A DNA stretch of 57,553 nucleotides from SAR324 cluster bacterium (GCA_028280735.1 JANQLH010000101.1:1-57553); one strand, 5' to 3'; shown: positions 1-12,039, numbered from the stretch's first letter. Notes: generated by a model from the letters alone, not told the origin. Program-made: numbers and translations.

Positions 1-1
1 A

Positions 2-2425
2 ACCGCATCCGACCTGGATTTACAGGTACAATATGAACTGGAACCATTCCTTCATAACAAAAACAGTATGAGCGATTCCCATCTAAAGGATCGCTCAAAC
101 GCTTTGATTAATCACTTCTCCCGTAAATTCCAATTAATCAAGAAAATCAAACCGCGGGATATGAAAGACGCTACAATCCGCAACAAAATCATGTCTGTCG
201 GGCACAAGAATTTCAGCAATCGCTTTCCCATGCTCTATCAATACTTGATTACAAAAAAAACAAATGTAACCAAGTTGTTGTCAGGCGATAAAAAGCAGAA
301 AATTGCCTTGCTCAATGAAATCACCGGATTACAAAAATTGCACTCCAGTTTATGTATGCAGAAATCCAGGGCGGAAAAGGAAGCATTGCTCAAGGAAAAA
401 ATCCGTAAAATTCAAAAATATGTCCAAAGAAAATACCCCAAGGCGGAAGTATACCTATTTGCCTACTCCAACGATGACTACCGGGACGGTAAACATGGAA
501 CAACCCTGGAGTCGAAAGAAGCATCAGGCTCTGCTTATGAACTGATTTTAAATTATGAAGTATTGATGCCCGGGATCCAGTTTACTCCAATGATCCCAAT
601 TCACTTTTTGATGCCGGGTTCGGTCAACTCCAATCGTCCTCTTTATGAGTCATTGGTCGAAAAAATCCGGTTCGGATTTACCGATATGTACAACGCCCAT
701 CGGGAAAAGTTGGTTGATCTCGGATCGACGCCACCGTTGACAACAGATTACATGGTTTCTCATTCAGGAGCCATTTACTGGGAATCTTTCAAGGCATCTT
801 CGGGTAACTTACCCAAAGCGATGCTAAATTTATTGCGTTTTGAAATGCTGTTCGATGAACGCTTCAATACTTCGATTATTGAATTGATCAAAAACCCCAA
901 ACGATTAGATAAGTTTGCAGGGGAAGCAATCATACCGGTTGACGAAATTCAGGAAGAATATACTGATTATGATTTCGATGATCCCGATACTGAAATCATT
1001 GACGATTACTACGATGATTTTGGAATTGAAGCTGTTAGTGACGATGGGGATCAGTATGTTGATGATACCTTGGGAGAGGAAGATAATCCCGAAGGTATGT
1101 CTATTGATCAACTGTTTAAAATGGAAGAGCGTTTTCCCAGTTTACGGCAGGATCCCTGGTGGTTGCGATACAAGGCATTAAAAATAGGTTTTGGACCGGA
1201 TAACAAAGTGATCCAGGATGAAGATGAGAAACTGCTGATCTCCCGTGTGATCGACATGGGATTTGCGTTACACATCCGAGTGTCCGATATCTTCGTAAAT
1301 ATCAGGGAGGCCAGAAAAGCGGAAACATATCGGGAAAAATTCCTGGCGACCTTTCTGGAAAAGGCTTTCACCGGTGTTAAACGAAGACAGCTGGAACATA
1401 TTGCCAATGGTGAGGTAGAGTCGGTCATCAAGTTTGAAAACGACCTTAAATATCTGTTTCAACGTTCTATGGATCGTGTTCAGGAGTATGTCGACAAATA
1501 TGGTGGAGAGGATAAAACCAACCAGGATGAAAATAAAATCTGGTTCCACTATTACCAAAAGAACTTCGATCCTCCCAAAAACGTTATCCGCAGGGATATT
1601 TTAAGTCATTTAAAAGTCCCGAGAGGTCGACTGCAGATCGGTATCAATAAAAAGCAACGCTGGTTTTTCAAATCGATTCAAAAAAGCAGCCTCGGCGGGG
1701 GAAAAGATGCTTTCGGTCATCTGCAGCATCTTCCCGATGAAGTGGAGTTGTTCGAACATGATTCGTTTATGCACGGGATTGCCCATTGTATACTAAATGG
1801 TTATTACGGCGTGCTGAATCGAGGCACCTTAAAGGAAAGTCGCACCGTGCTGGAATATTCCGTCGGACATACGGAGGTTGGGAAACGATCGGCTGATAAA
1901 TACGCTTTTATTAGACCGGATATTGTAGATCGACTGGTTGATAGTATCGATAGGGCTTTCCCGCCCCAGGATTATGATTTCAGAGATTGTATTTTTAAGG
2001 AGAAAGAGGTTACTGATGTCTTTATTTGTCTGAATTTGCTGGAATATGGACGAGTATCCTTCATGTATCGGGATAGCCTTAAAAACTGGTGTGTGGATGA
2101 ATTTGACCACCGACCCGTGGAAAAAGCAGCAGAAGAATTATACCAAAAACAGGAGTTAATCCTGCACTCCAGGCATATTCAGAACACCATTAAAGATTTC
2201 TTTAGCAAACACGCCATTGACTTTGACAAGATTACCAAAGAAGGGGGGCTGGCATTTTGGGTCAATCCGAACAGCGTCAATACCTATCATGCTGCCGATA
2301 AATACGCCCAGAAAGAGGTGTACCTGGCCAGTACTTTCAAGGAAGCCGTGTATCGCTCAAACAGCGCGGAATTTGCCTACAAATCAGAAAACTCGGAAGA
2401 AGTCGAAGAAGCTATTGTGGAATAG
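2..2425 (+). CDS. Class I adenylate cyclase-like nucleotidyltransferase (5'-truncated by window)
   Basis: The frame is open from base 2 (TASDLDLQVQ...), upstream of the ORF-track Met at 68. SDLD resembles the class I CyaA catalytic SDxD motif. Later blocks (GAIYWESFKASSGNLPKAMLNLLRFE, DPWWLRY) resemble conserved CyaA segments. Confidence 0.6.
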   Translation, partial: TASDLDLQVQYELEPFLHNKNSMSDSHLKDRSNALINHFSRKFQLIKKIKPRDMKDATIRNKIMSVGHKNFSNRFPMLYQYLITKKTNVTKLLSGDKKQKIALLNEITGLQKLHSSLCMQKSRAEKEALLKEKIRKIQKYVQRKYPKAEVYLFAYSNDDYRDGKHGTTLESKEASGSAYELILNYEVLMPGIQFTPMIPIHFLMPGSVNSNRPLYESLVEKIRFGFTDMYNAHREKLVDLGSTPPLTTDYMVSHSGAIYWESFKASSGNLPKAMLNLLRFEMLFDERFNTSIIELIKNPKRLDKFAGEAIIPVDEIQEEYTDYDFDDPDTEIIDDYYDDFGIEAVSDDGDQYVDDTLGEEDNPEGMSIDQLFKMEERFPSLRQDPWWLRYKALKIGFGPDNKVIQDEDEKLLISRVIDMGFALHIRVSDIFVNIREARKAETYREKFLATFLEKAFTGVKRRQLEHIANGEVESVIKFENDLKYLFQRSMDRVQEYVDKYGGEDKTNQDENKIWFHYYQKNFDPPKNVIRRDILSHLKVPRGRLQIGINKKQRWFFKSIQKSSLGGGKDAFGHLQHLPDEVELFEHDSFMHGIAHCILNGYYGVLNRGTLKESRTVLEYSVGHTEVGKRSADKYAFIRPDIVDRLVDSIDRAFPPQDYDFRDCIFKEKEVTDVFICLNLLEYGRVSFMYRDSLKNWCVDEFDHRPVEKAAEELYQKQELILHSRHIQNTIKDFFSKHAIDFDKITKEGGLAFWVNPNSVNTYHAADKYAQKEVYLASTFKEAVYRSNSAEFAYKSENSEEVEEAIVE

Positions 2426-2996
2426 CCTCCCGGGCGAGTTCGTCGCACCGTTCATTTTCCGGGTGACCGGCATGCCCTTTGATCCATTTCCAATCGATAG
2501 TTCTCTTGCTGGATTCTTCATCCAGCTCCAGCCAGATTTCCTTATTTAAAACTGCTTTGCCATCGGCCTTTTTCCAGTTTTTCTTTTTCCAACCATGAAT
2601 CCATTGGGTCATGCCTTTGACGACGTATTGGCTATCAGACGTTAAAACTATGGAACTGCCGGGAGGGGTTCTTTTGATTCCTTCCAAAGCTCCCAACATT
2701 TCCATGATATTGTTGGTGGTTTTTCTGCTGCCACCGGACAGTTCCATGAGCCGTCCATCCATTTCAACAATTGTCCCCCAGCCCCCAGGGCCCGGATTTC
2801 CGGAACAGGCACCGTCGCTCCAGATGTAAATAATATCTTGTGATGGTTTCAAGAGACTTTCCGTCGTTGTTTCACCAGTTCCTAGAATTGCATCCACAGC
2901 CGATTCCAAGTTGTTCAAATCAGTTGAAGACACGCTGGACGAATCTTCCAGAAAGGAAATTAGTTTGTTTAATTTATTGATTATATTAGAGTTCAT
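2412..2996 (-). CDS. rnhA: Ribonuclease HI with N-terminal extension
   Basis: WSDGACSGNPGPGGWG, TTNNIMEM, SDSQYV, WIKGHAGHPENERCDELA motifs. Confidence 0.95.
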   Translation of the reverse strand: MNSNIINKLNKLISFLEDSSSVSSTDLNNLESAVDAILGTGETTTESLLKPSQDIIYIWSDGACSGNPGPGGWGTIVEMDGRLMELSGGSRKTTNNIMEMLGALEGIKRTPPGSSIVLTSDSQYVVKGMTQWIHGWKKKNWKKADGKAVLNKEIWLELDEESSKRTIDWKWIKGHAGHPENERCDELAREAIPQ

Positions 2997-3005
2997 TTAA
3001 CAAAA

Positions 3006-4325
3006 TTACTGAATTGTTTCGTGTATAAAAGCCTGGGCATCGGGACCGGAAAATGAGCCTTTCAGGTGTCCTTCACCTTTTAGCAGATACTTGTATATGA
3101 TCATACCATCAAGTCCAACCGGTCCCCTGGAATGAGTTTTATTGGTGCTGATTCCAACTTCTGCTCCTAATCCAAAAACGTACCCGTCGGAAAAACGTGT
3201 GGAAGCATTGTGAAAGACGCAGGCGGAATCGACCTGTTGCAGGAAGAAATCTGCTGTTTCCTCATTACTGGTAATTATCGAATCGGTATGATGCGATCCA
3301 TAGGCGTTGATATGATCAATGGCATCATTTGTCGATTCAACCACTCTAATGGAGAGGATCAGATCCGTATATTCGGTTAACCAGTCATCTTCTGTGGCGT
3401 TTTCAATTGTTAACTCGGCTGATTTAGCGATTTCTGCAGTTTGTCCGCAACCCAATACTTTAACCTCTTTGTTTTGGAGTGCCTTGATGACATCCGGCAA
3501 GACTTGTTCAGCCACATTTTGGTTTACCAATAGCGTTTCAACAGCGTTACAGGCTGACGGATAATCCAGTTTTGCATCTAAAATCACGGGAATAACCATA
3601 TCGGAGTCATATTCGGAATCCACATAAATATGACAGATGCCTGAGGAATGACCCAGTACAGGAATACGAGTATTGTCCTGAATAAATTTGACAAAGGAGT
3701 TGCTTCCTCGAGGAATAATCAGGTCCACATACTCATCCTGTTTTAGCAACTCCGCCACATCTCCCCGGGTTTCTATGAGATTCACGGTGTTGGTTAGATC
3801 AAACTCCTTCAATACTTCGCTAATTATATCGAATAACACTCGATTTGTATTAGCCGCTTCCGTACCTCCTTTCAAAATCACACCATTTCCTGATTTTAAA
3901 CTAAGGGCGGTTACCTGGATAACTACTTCAGGACGACTCTCGAAAATAATTGCGATCAGTCCAATTGGGCATGTTACCCGTTCAAGATCCAGTCCATTGG
4001 CTAGCTTCATGGCAAATTGCCTTTTTCCGACAGGATCTTCCAATTTTGCCACTTCCTCCAGATAAGTACTCAATTGGTCAATTTTGTCGTCGGTAAGAAT
4101 CAGCCTATTTAATAGTGGTTTGCTTAGTTCACCTTTTTTCAATAACTCCCCGGCAAATTGGACATCTTTTTCATTGCATTCCTTGATTCGAGAGCTGCTT
4201 TGTTTGATGCGATCACTAATGGCCAGTAGCAGTTCGTTCTTAGATTTCGTGTCAACATTTGCGATCTTTAGGCAAGCTTTTTTGGCATTTCTGGCCATTT
4301 CATTTGTCGAAAGGTTGGCTTCCAT
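3006..4325 (-). CDS. proA: Gamma-glutamyl phosphate reductase
   Basis: IIFESRP, LKGGTEA, ACNAVETLL, NASTRFSDG..FGLGAEVGIST..HSRGPVGL. Confidence 0.97.
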   Translation of the reverse strand: MEANLSTNEMARNAKKACLKIANVDTKSKNELLLAISDRIKQSSSRIKECNEKDVQFAGELLKKGELSKPLLNRLILTDDKIDQLSTYLEEVAKLEDPVGKRQFAMKLANGLDLERVTCPIGLIAIIFESRPEVVIQVTALSLKSGNGVILKGGTEAANTNRVLFDIISEVLKEFDLTNTVNLIETRGDVAELLKQDEYVDLIIPRGSNSFVKFIQDNTRIPVLGHSSGICHIYVDSEYDSDMVIPVILDAKLDYPSACNAVETLLVNQNVAEQVLPDVIKALQNKEVKVLGCGQTAEIAKSAELTIENATEDDWLTEYTDLILSIRVVESTNDAIDHINAYGSHHTDSIITSNEETADFFLQQVDSACVFHNASTRFSDGYVFGLGAEVGISTNKTHSRGPVGLDGMIIYKYLLKGEGHLKGSFSGPDAQAFIHETIQ

Positions 4326-4367
4326 AACTATTCCTATCGTTGCGGACTATTTACTTGATGTATTTTG

Positions 4368-4778
4368 CTATTTGGAATGAAGGGCTGTGCAATAGACGGT
4401 TCTGGTTCGAGGACCGTCGAATTCACCAAAAAAGATTCCCTGCCAGGTTCCGAGAACCAGTCTTCCTTGAGATACAGGGACCATGACTGATGCTCCTAAA
4501 AGGGAGCTTTTCAGATGAGCAGCAGAATTACCCTCACCATGCCTATCCCGACTAACCTTCCAGGGAGCAACTGCTTCCAAGCGATGTAACAGGTCGTGAA
4601 CAACATCCGGATCAGCATTTTCATTGATGGTTAAACCACAGGTTGTGTGCATGACAAAAACGTGAATAACTCCATATTCCAAATTCAATTCCTGAACTGC
4701 CCTGGAGACATTTGAAGTAATATTGATTAGATCGGAATGATCTGTCGTTCGCACTGAAAACTTGGTAGCTGATTCCAT
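4368..4778 (-). CDS. yjbQ: YjbQ/UPF0047 family protein
   Basis: HTTCGLTINENADPDV, HGEGNSAAHLKSSLLG, LGTWQGIFFGEFDGPR. Confidence 0.93.
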   Translation of the reverse strand: MESATKFSVRTTDHSDLINITSNVSRAVQELNLEYGVIHVFVMHTTCGLTINENADPDVVHDLLHRLEAVAPWKVSRDRHGEGNSAAHLKSSLLGASVMVPVSQGRLVLGTWQGIFFGEFDGPRTRTVYCTALHSK

Positions 4779-4919
4779 AATAACCTTCGGTTTGAGGGAG
4801 AAAACAACAAAGGACGATATCTACAATTAAACTATCTCTGTAGATCGTTCAACCCGATTCAAAATGGGAAAGGGACTAACACGGAGAAAAGGCTACAGCT
4901 GGTGGGACTGCTCTAAGTC

Positions 4920-4959
4920 AACGATCAGGGTGTGGTTAGAGCTAAACACCCTGATCGTT
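4920..4959. terminator. 14-bp stem hairpin downstream of atpC (likely terminator or 3' stabiliser)
   Basis: AACGATCAGGGTGT (4920-4933) is the reverse complement of ACACCCTGATCGTT (4946-4959). Confidence 0.55.
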
Positions 4960-4989
4960 TCTAATATTGGATGACAAGATACCTTGCTT

Positions 4990-5400
4990 CTAAGAAGCTG
5001 CGATTTGTCTTGAAACTGCTATTTTAATTTGTTGCTGGAGTTCGTTGGCAAGGTCTATTTTTTCCGGATCTTTCAGTACTTCAGCAAGTTCTGCTTCAGC
5101 TTTCTGTTGATCAGACTTGGCACCTTCCACATCGATTTCTTCTGCTAATTCAGCTTCACTGGCCAGGATAGTAATTTTATCCTGACACACTTCAGCATAT
5201 CCAAAATGAACAGCAACTTTCTTTTCTGTACCACTATTTTTGTAGCTTAGTACTCCACTTTGCAAATTGGTAAGCAGCGGGATATGGCTGGGCAAAATAC
5301 CTAATTCGCCCATTTCTCCTGGAATGGTGACATATTCCGCTTCTGTTTCCAATATAACCTGCTTTGGAGTAACGACTTCTAGAGTTAAGTTTTGGCTCAT
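4990..5400 (-). CDS. atpC: F1 ATP synthase epsilon subunit
   Basis: LEVVTP, GELGILPSHIPLL; last gene of the atp operon. Confidence 0.96.
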   Translation of the reverse strand: MSQNLTLEVVTPKQVILETEAEYVTIPGEMGELGILPSHIPLLTNLQSGVLSYKNSGTEKKVAVHFGYAEVCQDKITILASEAELAEEIDVEGAKSDQQKAEAELAEVLKDPEKIDLANELQQQIKIAVSRQIAAS

Positions 5401-5414
5401 GAATACGTTTTGAA

Positions 5415-6821
<1,407 letters not shown>

Positions 6822-6885
6822 TCAAATTTTATTGTGACAGGATAATAGATTTATAAAATTTTGTAACAAGTTATGTTGTCACCTG

Positions 6886-7752
6886 TTATACAGCTTCAGC
6901 TCCGGAAATAATCTCAATCAATTCGGAGGTAATCGCTGCCTGTCTTGCCCTGTTGAACTGAATCTGCAGTTTGGCAAGCATATCTGACGCGTTGTTTGTC
7001 GCGGCATCCATTGCTGTCATCCGCGCCGCGTGTTCACTCGCGTTATTGTCCAGCAAACCAGTGAAGGCTTGGTTTTCAACATATTGCGGGAGAATAGCGT
7101 TCAGAATGGCCATTCCTGATGGTTCAAACACAAATTCAGTGTTTTCTTCAGGATTGGAACTCTCCCCAGTCGGAGGTTCAATCGGCAAGACCTGCTTGAT
7201 AACTGGGGCTTGACTTACAACGTTATTGAAGCGGTTGTAAGCTATATAGAGATGATTGAATTCACCTTCGGTGTACTTCTTAATCAAGTCACGAACTGTC
7301 TTCTCCAATAAATCGGATCTTTCCTGGTCCTTAAGATCCTTGAAAGACTCTACGATGTTGCCACCGCGATTGTTGAAGTATTCCGTTCCTTTCTTACCGA
7401 AAGTGATAAGTTCAACCACGTCGAAATTGTTAGACTGATCAGGGATAAAACTGTTCAGTTGCTTGCAAAGGTTGACATTAAGTCCGCCGCATAGTCCGCG
7501 GTCTGTAGATATTAATAAAACAACAGCTTTGCCACCTTCGCGTTTCTCAAGTAATGGATGAGCAGATTGATCAATTCCGGCACTGAGATTCGAGATAATC
7601 GATCTCAGCTTCTCCGAATACGGCCTCGAATTTGTGATGGCTTCTTCAGCCCTTCTCATCTTCGAAGCTGCAACCATTTTCATGGCCTTGGTAATCTGCA
7701 TCGTATTTTTGATGCTGCCCATTCGCAGCTGGATGTCTTTTAAGGTAGCCAT
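6886..7752 (-). CDS. atpG: F1 ATP synthase gamma subunit
   Basis: ITKAMKMVAASK, DRGLCG, RQAAITSELIEIISGAEA. Confidence 0.98.
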   Translation of the reverse strand: MATLKDIQLRMGSIKNTMQITKAMKMVAASKMRRAEEAITNSRPYSEKLRSIISNLSAGIDQSAHPLLEKREGGKAVVLLISTDRGLCGGLNVNLCKQLNSFIPDQSNNFDVVELITFGKKGTEYFNNRGGNIVESFKDLKDQERSDLLEKTVRDLIKKYTEGEFNHLYIAYNRFNNVVSQAPVIKQVLPIEPPTGESSNPEENTEFVFEPSGMAILNAILPQYVENQAFTGLLDNNASEHAARMTAMDAATNNASDMLAKLQIQFNRARQAAITSELIEIISGAEAV

Positions 7753-7795
7753 ATGTTATATGTCCTGTTTTTTTAGCTTTGAGAGTTGGAGGTTT

Positions 7796-9304
7796 TTAAC
7801 CTGCGAATTCTTTTTTGTATTCTTCAATTGCACTCTTGATCTTGGCGATGGTGTCATCACTAAGCTGTCCTTCAGATGCAATTGTGCTAAAAATGTCAGA
7901 CTTGTTTGTGGCTATAAACTTCTGTAATCCAGTTTCAAATTCCGGAATCTGGGTAACTTCCATATCATCACAGTAACCGTTGGTTACAGCAAAGATACTA
8001 ACTACCTGTTCTTCCATTTTCATTGGAACATACTGACCTTGGTTAAGGATTTCAACCAGTCGCTCACCTCTTGAAAGCTGCTTTTGGGTGGCTTCATCAA
8101 GATCTGATCCAAACTGGGCAAATGCCTGCTTCTCTCTGTACTGAGCAAGATCCAGTTTCAAGGTACCGGCTACCTGCTTCATCGCCTTAGCCTGAGCAGC
8201 TCCCCCTACCCTTGATACGGAGATACCAACGTTAATGGCGGGTCGGACACCTGAGTTGAACAATTCAGTTTCCAGGAAGATCTGACCGTCAGTAATTGAA
8301 ATTACGTTAGTTGGGATATATGCGGATACGTCACTGGCCTGTGTCTCAATAACCGGTAAAGCTGTGATAGAACCGGCACCAAGTTTGTCACTGAGTTTAC
8401 AAGCTCTTTCCAACAAGCGGCTATGTACGTTGAAGATGTCACCGGGATAAGCTTCACGTCCGGGAGGTCTTCTAAGGAGAAGTGATAACTGTCGATAAGC
8501 AACGGCCTGCTTGGAGAGATCATCGTAGATAATCAGTACGTGCTTGCCTTTGGCTGCGAGATATTCTGCCATAGCAACACCAGCGTAAGGAGCGATAAAC
8601 TGCAATGGAGCAGGCTCACTAGCTGTAGCAGATACAATCGTTGTGTAGTCCATGGCGCCAAATTCAGTCAGCTTTTGTGTTACCTGGGCAACTGTTGAGT
8701 TCTTCTGACCAATCGCCACATAAACACAATAAACATCTCCGCCTTTCTGGCTGATGATAGTATCAACTGCAATTGCTGTTTTACCTGTCTGGCGGTCACC
8801 AATGATCAATTCACGCTGACCTCTTCCGATTGGAACGAGTGAGTCAATCGCTTTCAAACCTGTCAACATTGATTGGTGAACAGACTTTCTTTGAACGATA
8901 CCGGGAGCAATTACTTCCAGTCGGTTAAATTCTTTTGTGTTCAGGGGACCTTTACCATCGAGAGGATCACCGATAGGTGAGATAACACGACCTAAAATCT
9001 CTTCACCGACAGGTACTTCCATAATTTTTTCAGTCCGCTTAACCGTATCTCCTTCCTTGATCGCTTCACCGGAACCAAAAAGAGCAACCCCCACGTTGTC
9101 TTCTTCAAGGTTCAAAATCATACCTCTTGTTCCATCAGGAAAGTCAACCAGCTCGCCAGCCATGGCTTTATCAAGACCATATACACGAGCGATACCGTCA
9201 CCGACACTAAGTACGGTTCCTACTTCTTTTACTTCTACCTCTGAATCAAACTCCTGAATTTGACTCTGAATAATTGCACTGATCTCATCTGCTCTGATTT
9301 TCAT
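7796..9304 (-). CDS. atpA: F1 ATP synthase alpha subunit
   Basis: [18 protein letters not shown]. Confidence 0.99.
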   Translation of the reverse strand: MKIRADEISAIIQSQIQEFDSEVEVKEVGTVLSVGDGIARVYGLDKAMAGELVDFPDGTRGMILNLEEDNVGVALFGSGEAIKEGDTVKRTEKIMEVPVGEEILGRVISPIGDPLDGKGPLNTKEFNRLEVIAPGIVQRKSVHQSMLTGLKAIDSLVPIGRGQRELIIGDRQTGKTAIAVDTIISQKGGDVYCVYVAIGQKNSTVAQVTQKLTEFGAMDYTTIVSATASEPAPLQFIAPYAGVAMAEYLAAKGKHVLIIYDDLSKQAVAYRQLSLLLRRPPGREAYPGDIFNVHSRLLERACKLSDKLGAGSITALPVIETQASDVSAYIPTNVISITDGQIFLETELFNSGVRPAINVGISVSRVGGAAQAKAMKQVAGTLKLDLAQYREKQAFAQFGSDLDEATQKQLSRGERLVEILNQGQYVPMKMEEQVVSIFAVTNGYCDDMEVTQIPEFETGLQKFIATNKSDIFSTIASEGQLSDDTIAKIKSAIEEYKKEFAG

Positions 9305-9307
9305 AGT

Positions 9308-9850
9308 TTAATTTCCCTTGGATATGGTTTCACGGATCAGGTTAAGTCTATTTTTGATGCTGCCATCAAGAACGAGACTGTCAATTGAAGTAATAACGCC
9401 TCCAAGTATGGATTCGTCCACTTTTTCAGAAAGAGTAATTTTCTTGCCTGAGAACTTGGAAAGCTCTTTTTCCAGGTTGCTTCGGTCTTTATCAGACAGT
9501 TTTTCAGCAACTGTCACTTCTGCTTTGGCAACTCCGAGTTCTTCACTGGCTAGTTTGATGTAGGCTCTGTTGATGTCGCCTATCATCTCAAAGCGGTTTC
9601 TAGATACCAGATACCGACAATATTTGTTGAGAAGTGTGTCACATTTCATCTTTTTGACCACTTCCTCCACAAAAGACATCTTTTTCGCCTTGCTCAACTT
9701 TGGCTCCAAAATAACATCCCGGACGGATTTCTCTTCAGCGTATAGCTCTGCAATGTCGTTCAGATCACGTCCGATTTTTTCGATGTTTTTGTCATTTCCA
9801 GCAAGGTTTATCAATGCTTTTGCGTAACGTCTTCCAATACCACCATTCAT
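9308..9850 (-). CDS. atpH: ATP synthase delta subunit
   Basis: RRYAKAL, VDESILGG...LDGSIK; operon position. Confidence 0.95.
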   Translation of the reverse strand: MNGGIGRRYAKALINLAGNDKNIEKIGRDLNDIAELYAEEKSVRDVILEPKLSKAKKMSFVEEVVKKMKCDTLLNKYCRYLVSRNRFEMIGDINRAYIKLASEELGVAKAEVTVAEKLSDKDRSNLEKELSKFSGKKITLSEKVDESILGGVITSIDSLVLDGSIKNRLNLIRETISKGN

Positions 9851-9866
9851 AGTTCCCCTTTATGGA

Positions 9867-10445
9867 TTACGCTGATTCTTTAATAAATTTTGCATAATTT
9901 TCAAACAAGGCTTTCTGTTCCTTGCTGCCAATTTCTTTTGCAATCGCTTCTTCAGCCATTTTGACAGATTCATTTACCAGGAATTCTCGTATTTCAGCCT
10001 TGGCTTTCAGGATGTCCTGTTCGATTCTGGCTTGTGATTGCTCTTCCAATTTTTCCACCTGGTTTACAGCATCCTCTATCATTTGAGCTTTTTCAGTTTC
10101 AATGACAGCTAAAGCACTCTTGCGACGTTCTTCCAGCTCAGATTCCATGTTAGCCAGTTTGGACTGGTAATCTTCCAGCTTTTTCTTGGCTTCGGCCAAG
10201 TCAGATTTGGCGTCGTCCATTTCTTTTTTGGTGTTTACTGCTGAGGAGGAGAGCATCCTGGCGATGGGTTTTCCGGCAAATTTTTTGAGGAGGAACAAAA
10301 ATATCAGTAGGTTTATTGTCTTGAAGATCATGTCCTCAAGCGCTTTGCTTTCAAGGAATATCCCCGTTGCATCACCACCACCTGCGGCAAGTGCTGTTGA
10401 ACTTATCCCGGCGGTTATAGCTATAACGAACAATGTTTTTAACAT
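9867..10445 (-). CDS. atpF: F0 ATP synthase subunit b
   Basis: N-terminal TM (INLLIFLFLL...KPI) followed by long charged helix; position before atpH. Confidence 0.9.
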   Translation of the reverse strand: MLKTLFVIAITAGISSTALAAGGGDATGIFLESKALEDMIFKTINLLIFLFLLKKFAGKPIARMLSSSAVNTKKEMDDAKSDLAEAKKKLEDYQSKLANMESELEERRKSALAVIETEKAQMIEDAVNQVEKLEEQSQARIEQDILKAKAEIREFLVNESVKMAEEAIAKEIGSKEQKALFENYAKFIKESA

Positions 10446-10489
10446 AGGTCCGGACCTCGGTTTGATTTAGATGTGATTATAAATATCGA

Positions 10490-10954
10490 CTAAGCGATAA
10501 CTTTGGATTTGATCAATTGAGACAATTCTGTCGTGAGAGTGGCTGCTTGCTCCATTGCCGATTTGCGCTCACTTTCAAGTTCCTTTTCAGCATCTTCGAG
10601 CTTTTTAGTCGTGTTTGCCTTGGCTTGATCCACTTTCTCTCTGGTACTGCTGATTGCCTCTTCAATCGCTTCCTGGCGAGTTTTCTGAATGGTTTCTCGT
10701 AGGTCGGCTAGCTTGGCTTGGTAATCCTGTTCGGATGTTTCTATAGTCTGGGCAAGGCTTTTAGAATCGTTTTTGTTTTTATCTAATTCGGATTGCCTTG
10801 CTTCCAAAGTCCTTAGAATGGGCTTAAAAAGCATTGTATTCAGGACTGTTATGGTGAGTACAAAGATAACAAAAACAAAAAGGGCAGTTGGCCACTCGAG
10901 GTGGAGCATCCCAAAATTAAAAATCTCACCTATTCTTTCGCTTCCGTGTTCCAT
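10490..10954 (-). CDS. F0 ATP synthase subunit b'
   Basis: TM followed by LFKPILRTLEAR and coiled coil; first gene of the operon. Confidence 0.88.
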   Translation of the reverse strand: MEHGSERIGEIFNFGMLHLEWPTALFVFVIFVLTITVLNTMLFKPILRTLEARQSELDKNKNDSKSLAQTIETSEQDYQAKLADLRETIQKTRQEAIEEAISSTREKVDQAKANTTKKLEDAEKELESERKSAMEQAATLTTELSQLIKSKVIA

Positions 10955-11289
10955 AATTAAGTTGTATTTATATAAAACAGAGGTTAAGAGAGGAGTACTG
11001 AACGAAAATAATATTCAAAATGACCATATATATTACTCGAAACGGGTGTCAATATAAAAGATGTTTTGGAATTTGGTTCAAATCAATCCTTTAAATCCTA
11101 AAAACATGATGAGGCAAAGGGAAGAAAGATTTTGATGAGCTTGTTAAGATTAATTGATCCTTTTTTAAACATTGATGTATATCAGGGTGAAAGGATTTAA
11201 CGAGCTCACTGTTTTCAATTCTTTAAAAGGATTGATTCAATACTTTCGGATTCATTTCCGAATTAAGTACAACCACCAAACAGCTTTTT

Positions 11290-12024
11290 ATGGCATACAA
11301 GGGAAATCAGGTTTCCGTGATCCTGCTGGCAGCCGGTTCGGGCACACGGATGAAAGCGGGCAAAAACAAACTGCTGTTACCAATCAATGGTATTCCGATA
11401 TTGTATCGTACCTTGCATCGGCTGGATAAAATACAACTGATCGATTCAATAATTTTAGTTTGCAAAACCTCGGAAAAGGAACAGGTAGAGAACCTGATCA
11501 GTGACTATGGTGAGGTATCTAAAATTAAGGGAATCATACCCGGGGGAAAGGAACGATCGGATAGCGTTAATTGTGGCCTGGAAAAAGTAAGATCCTTGCA
11601 AGCTAACGGCTTTGTGATGACTCATGACGGGGCCAGACCGTTTATTACGGAATCACTGGTCAACTGTCTTATTGAATCCGTAGATGAAGAGTCTATTTCC
11701 ATTCCATCAATAAAAGTGGTCGAAACAGTACGCAGGCAAGAACCGGATGGAAGCACTGCAGTAGTGGATCGACAGCATCTATTTACTGTACAGACCCCTC
11801 AAGTGTTTCATGTGAAACAAATTCAGCCGTGTTTTCTGGATGACGATAAAAGAAAGCTGAATCTAACAGATGAAGCTTCATATTTTGAGGCGTCAGGAAA
11901 GAAGGTCATCATGGTGAATGGGGAAACATGGAATCTCAAACTGACTACCCCGGAGGATGTTACTTCGGCGGAAATCTTGTTACATCGATATGAAGAGCTG
12001 AAACTGTCAGGTCTTGAAAACTAA
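11290..12024 (+). CDS. ispD: 2-C-methyl-D-erythritol 4-phosphate cytidylyltransferase
   Basis: LAAGSGTRM, GGKERSDSV, HDGARPF, VQTPQVF, NLKLTTPED. Confidence 0.95.
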   Translation: MAYKGNQVSVILLAAGSGTRMKAGKNKLLLPINGIPILYRTLHRLDKIQLIDSIILVCKTSEKEQVENLISDYGEVSKIKGIIPGGKERSDSVNCGLEKVRSLQANGFVMTHDGARPFITESLVNCLIESVDEESISIPSIKVVETVRRQEPDGSTAVVDRQHLFTVQTPQVFHVKQIQPCFLDDDKRKLNLTDEASYFEASGKKVIMVNGETWNLKLTTPEDVTSAEILLHRYEELKLSGLEN

Positions 12025-12039
12025 TCCCTCTCTTAACTG

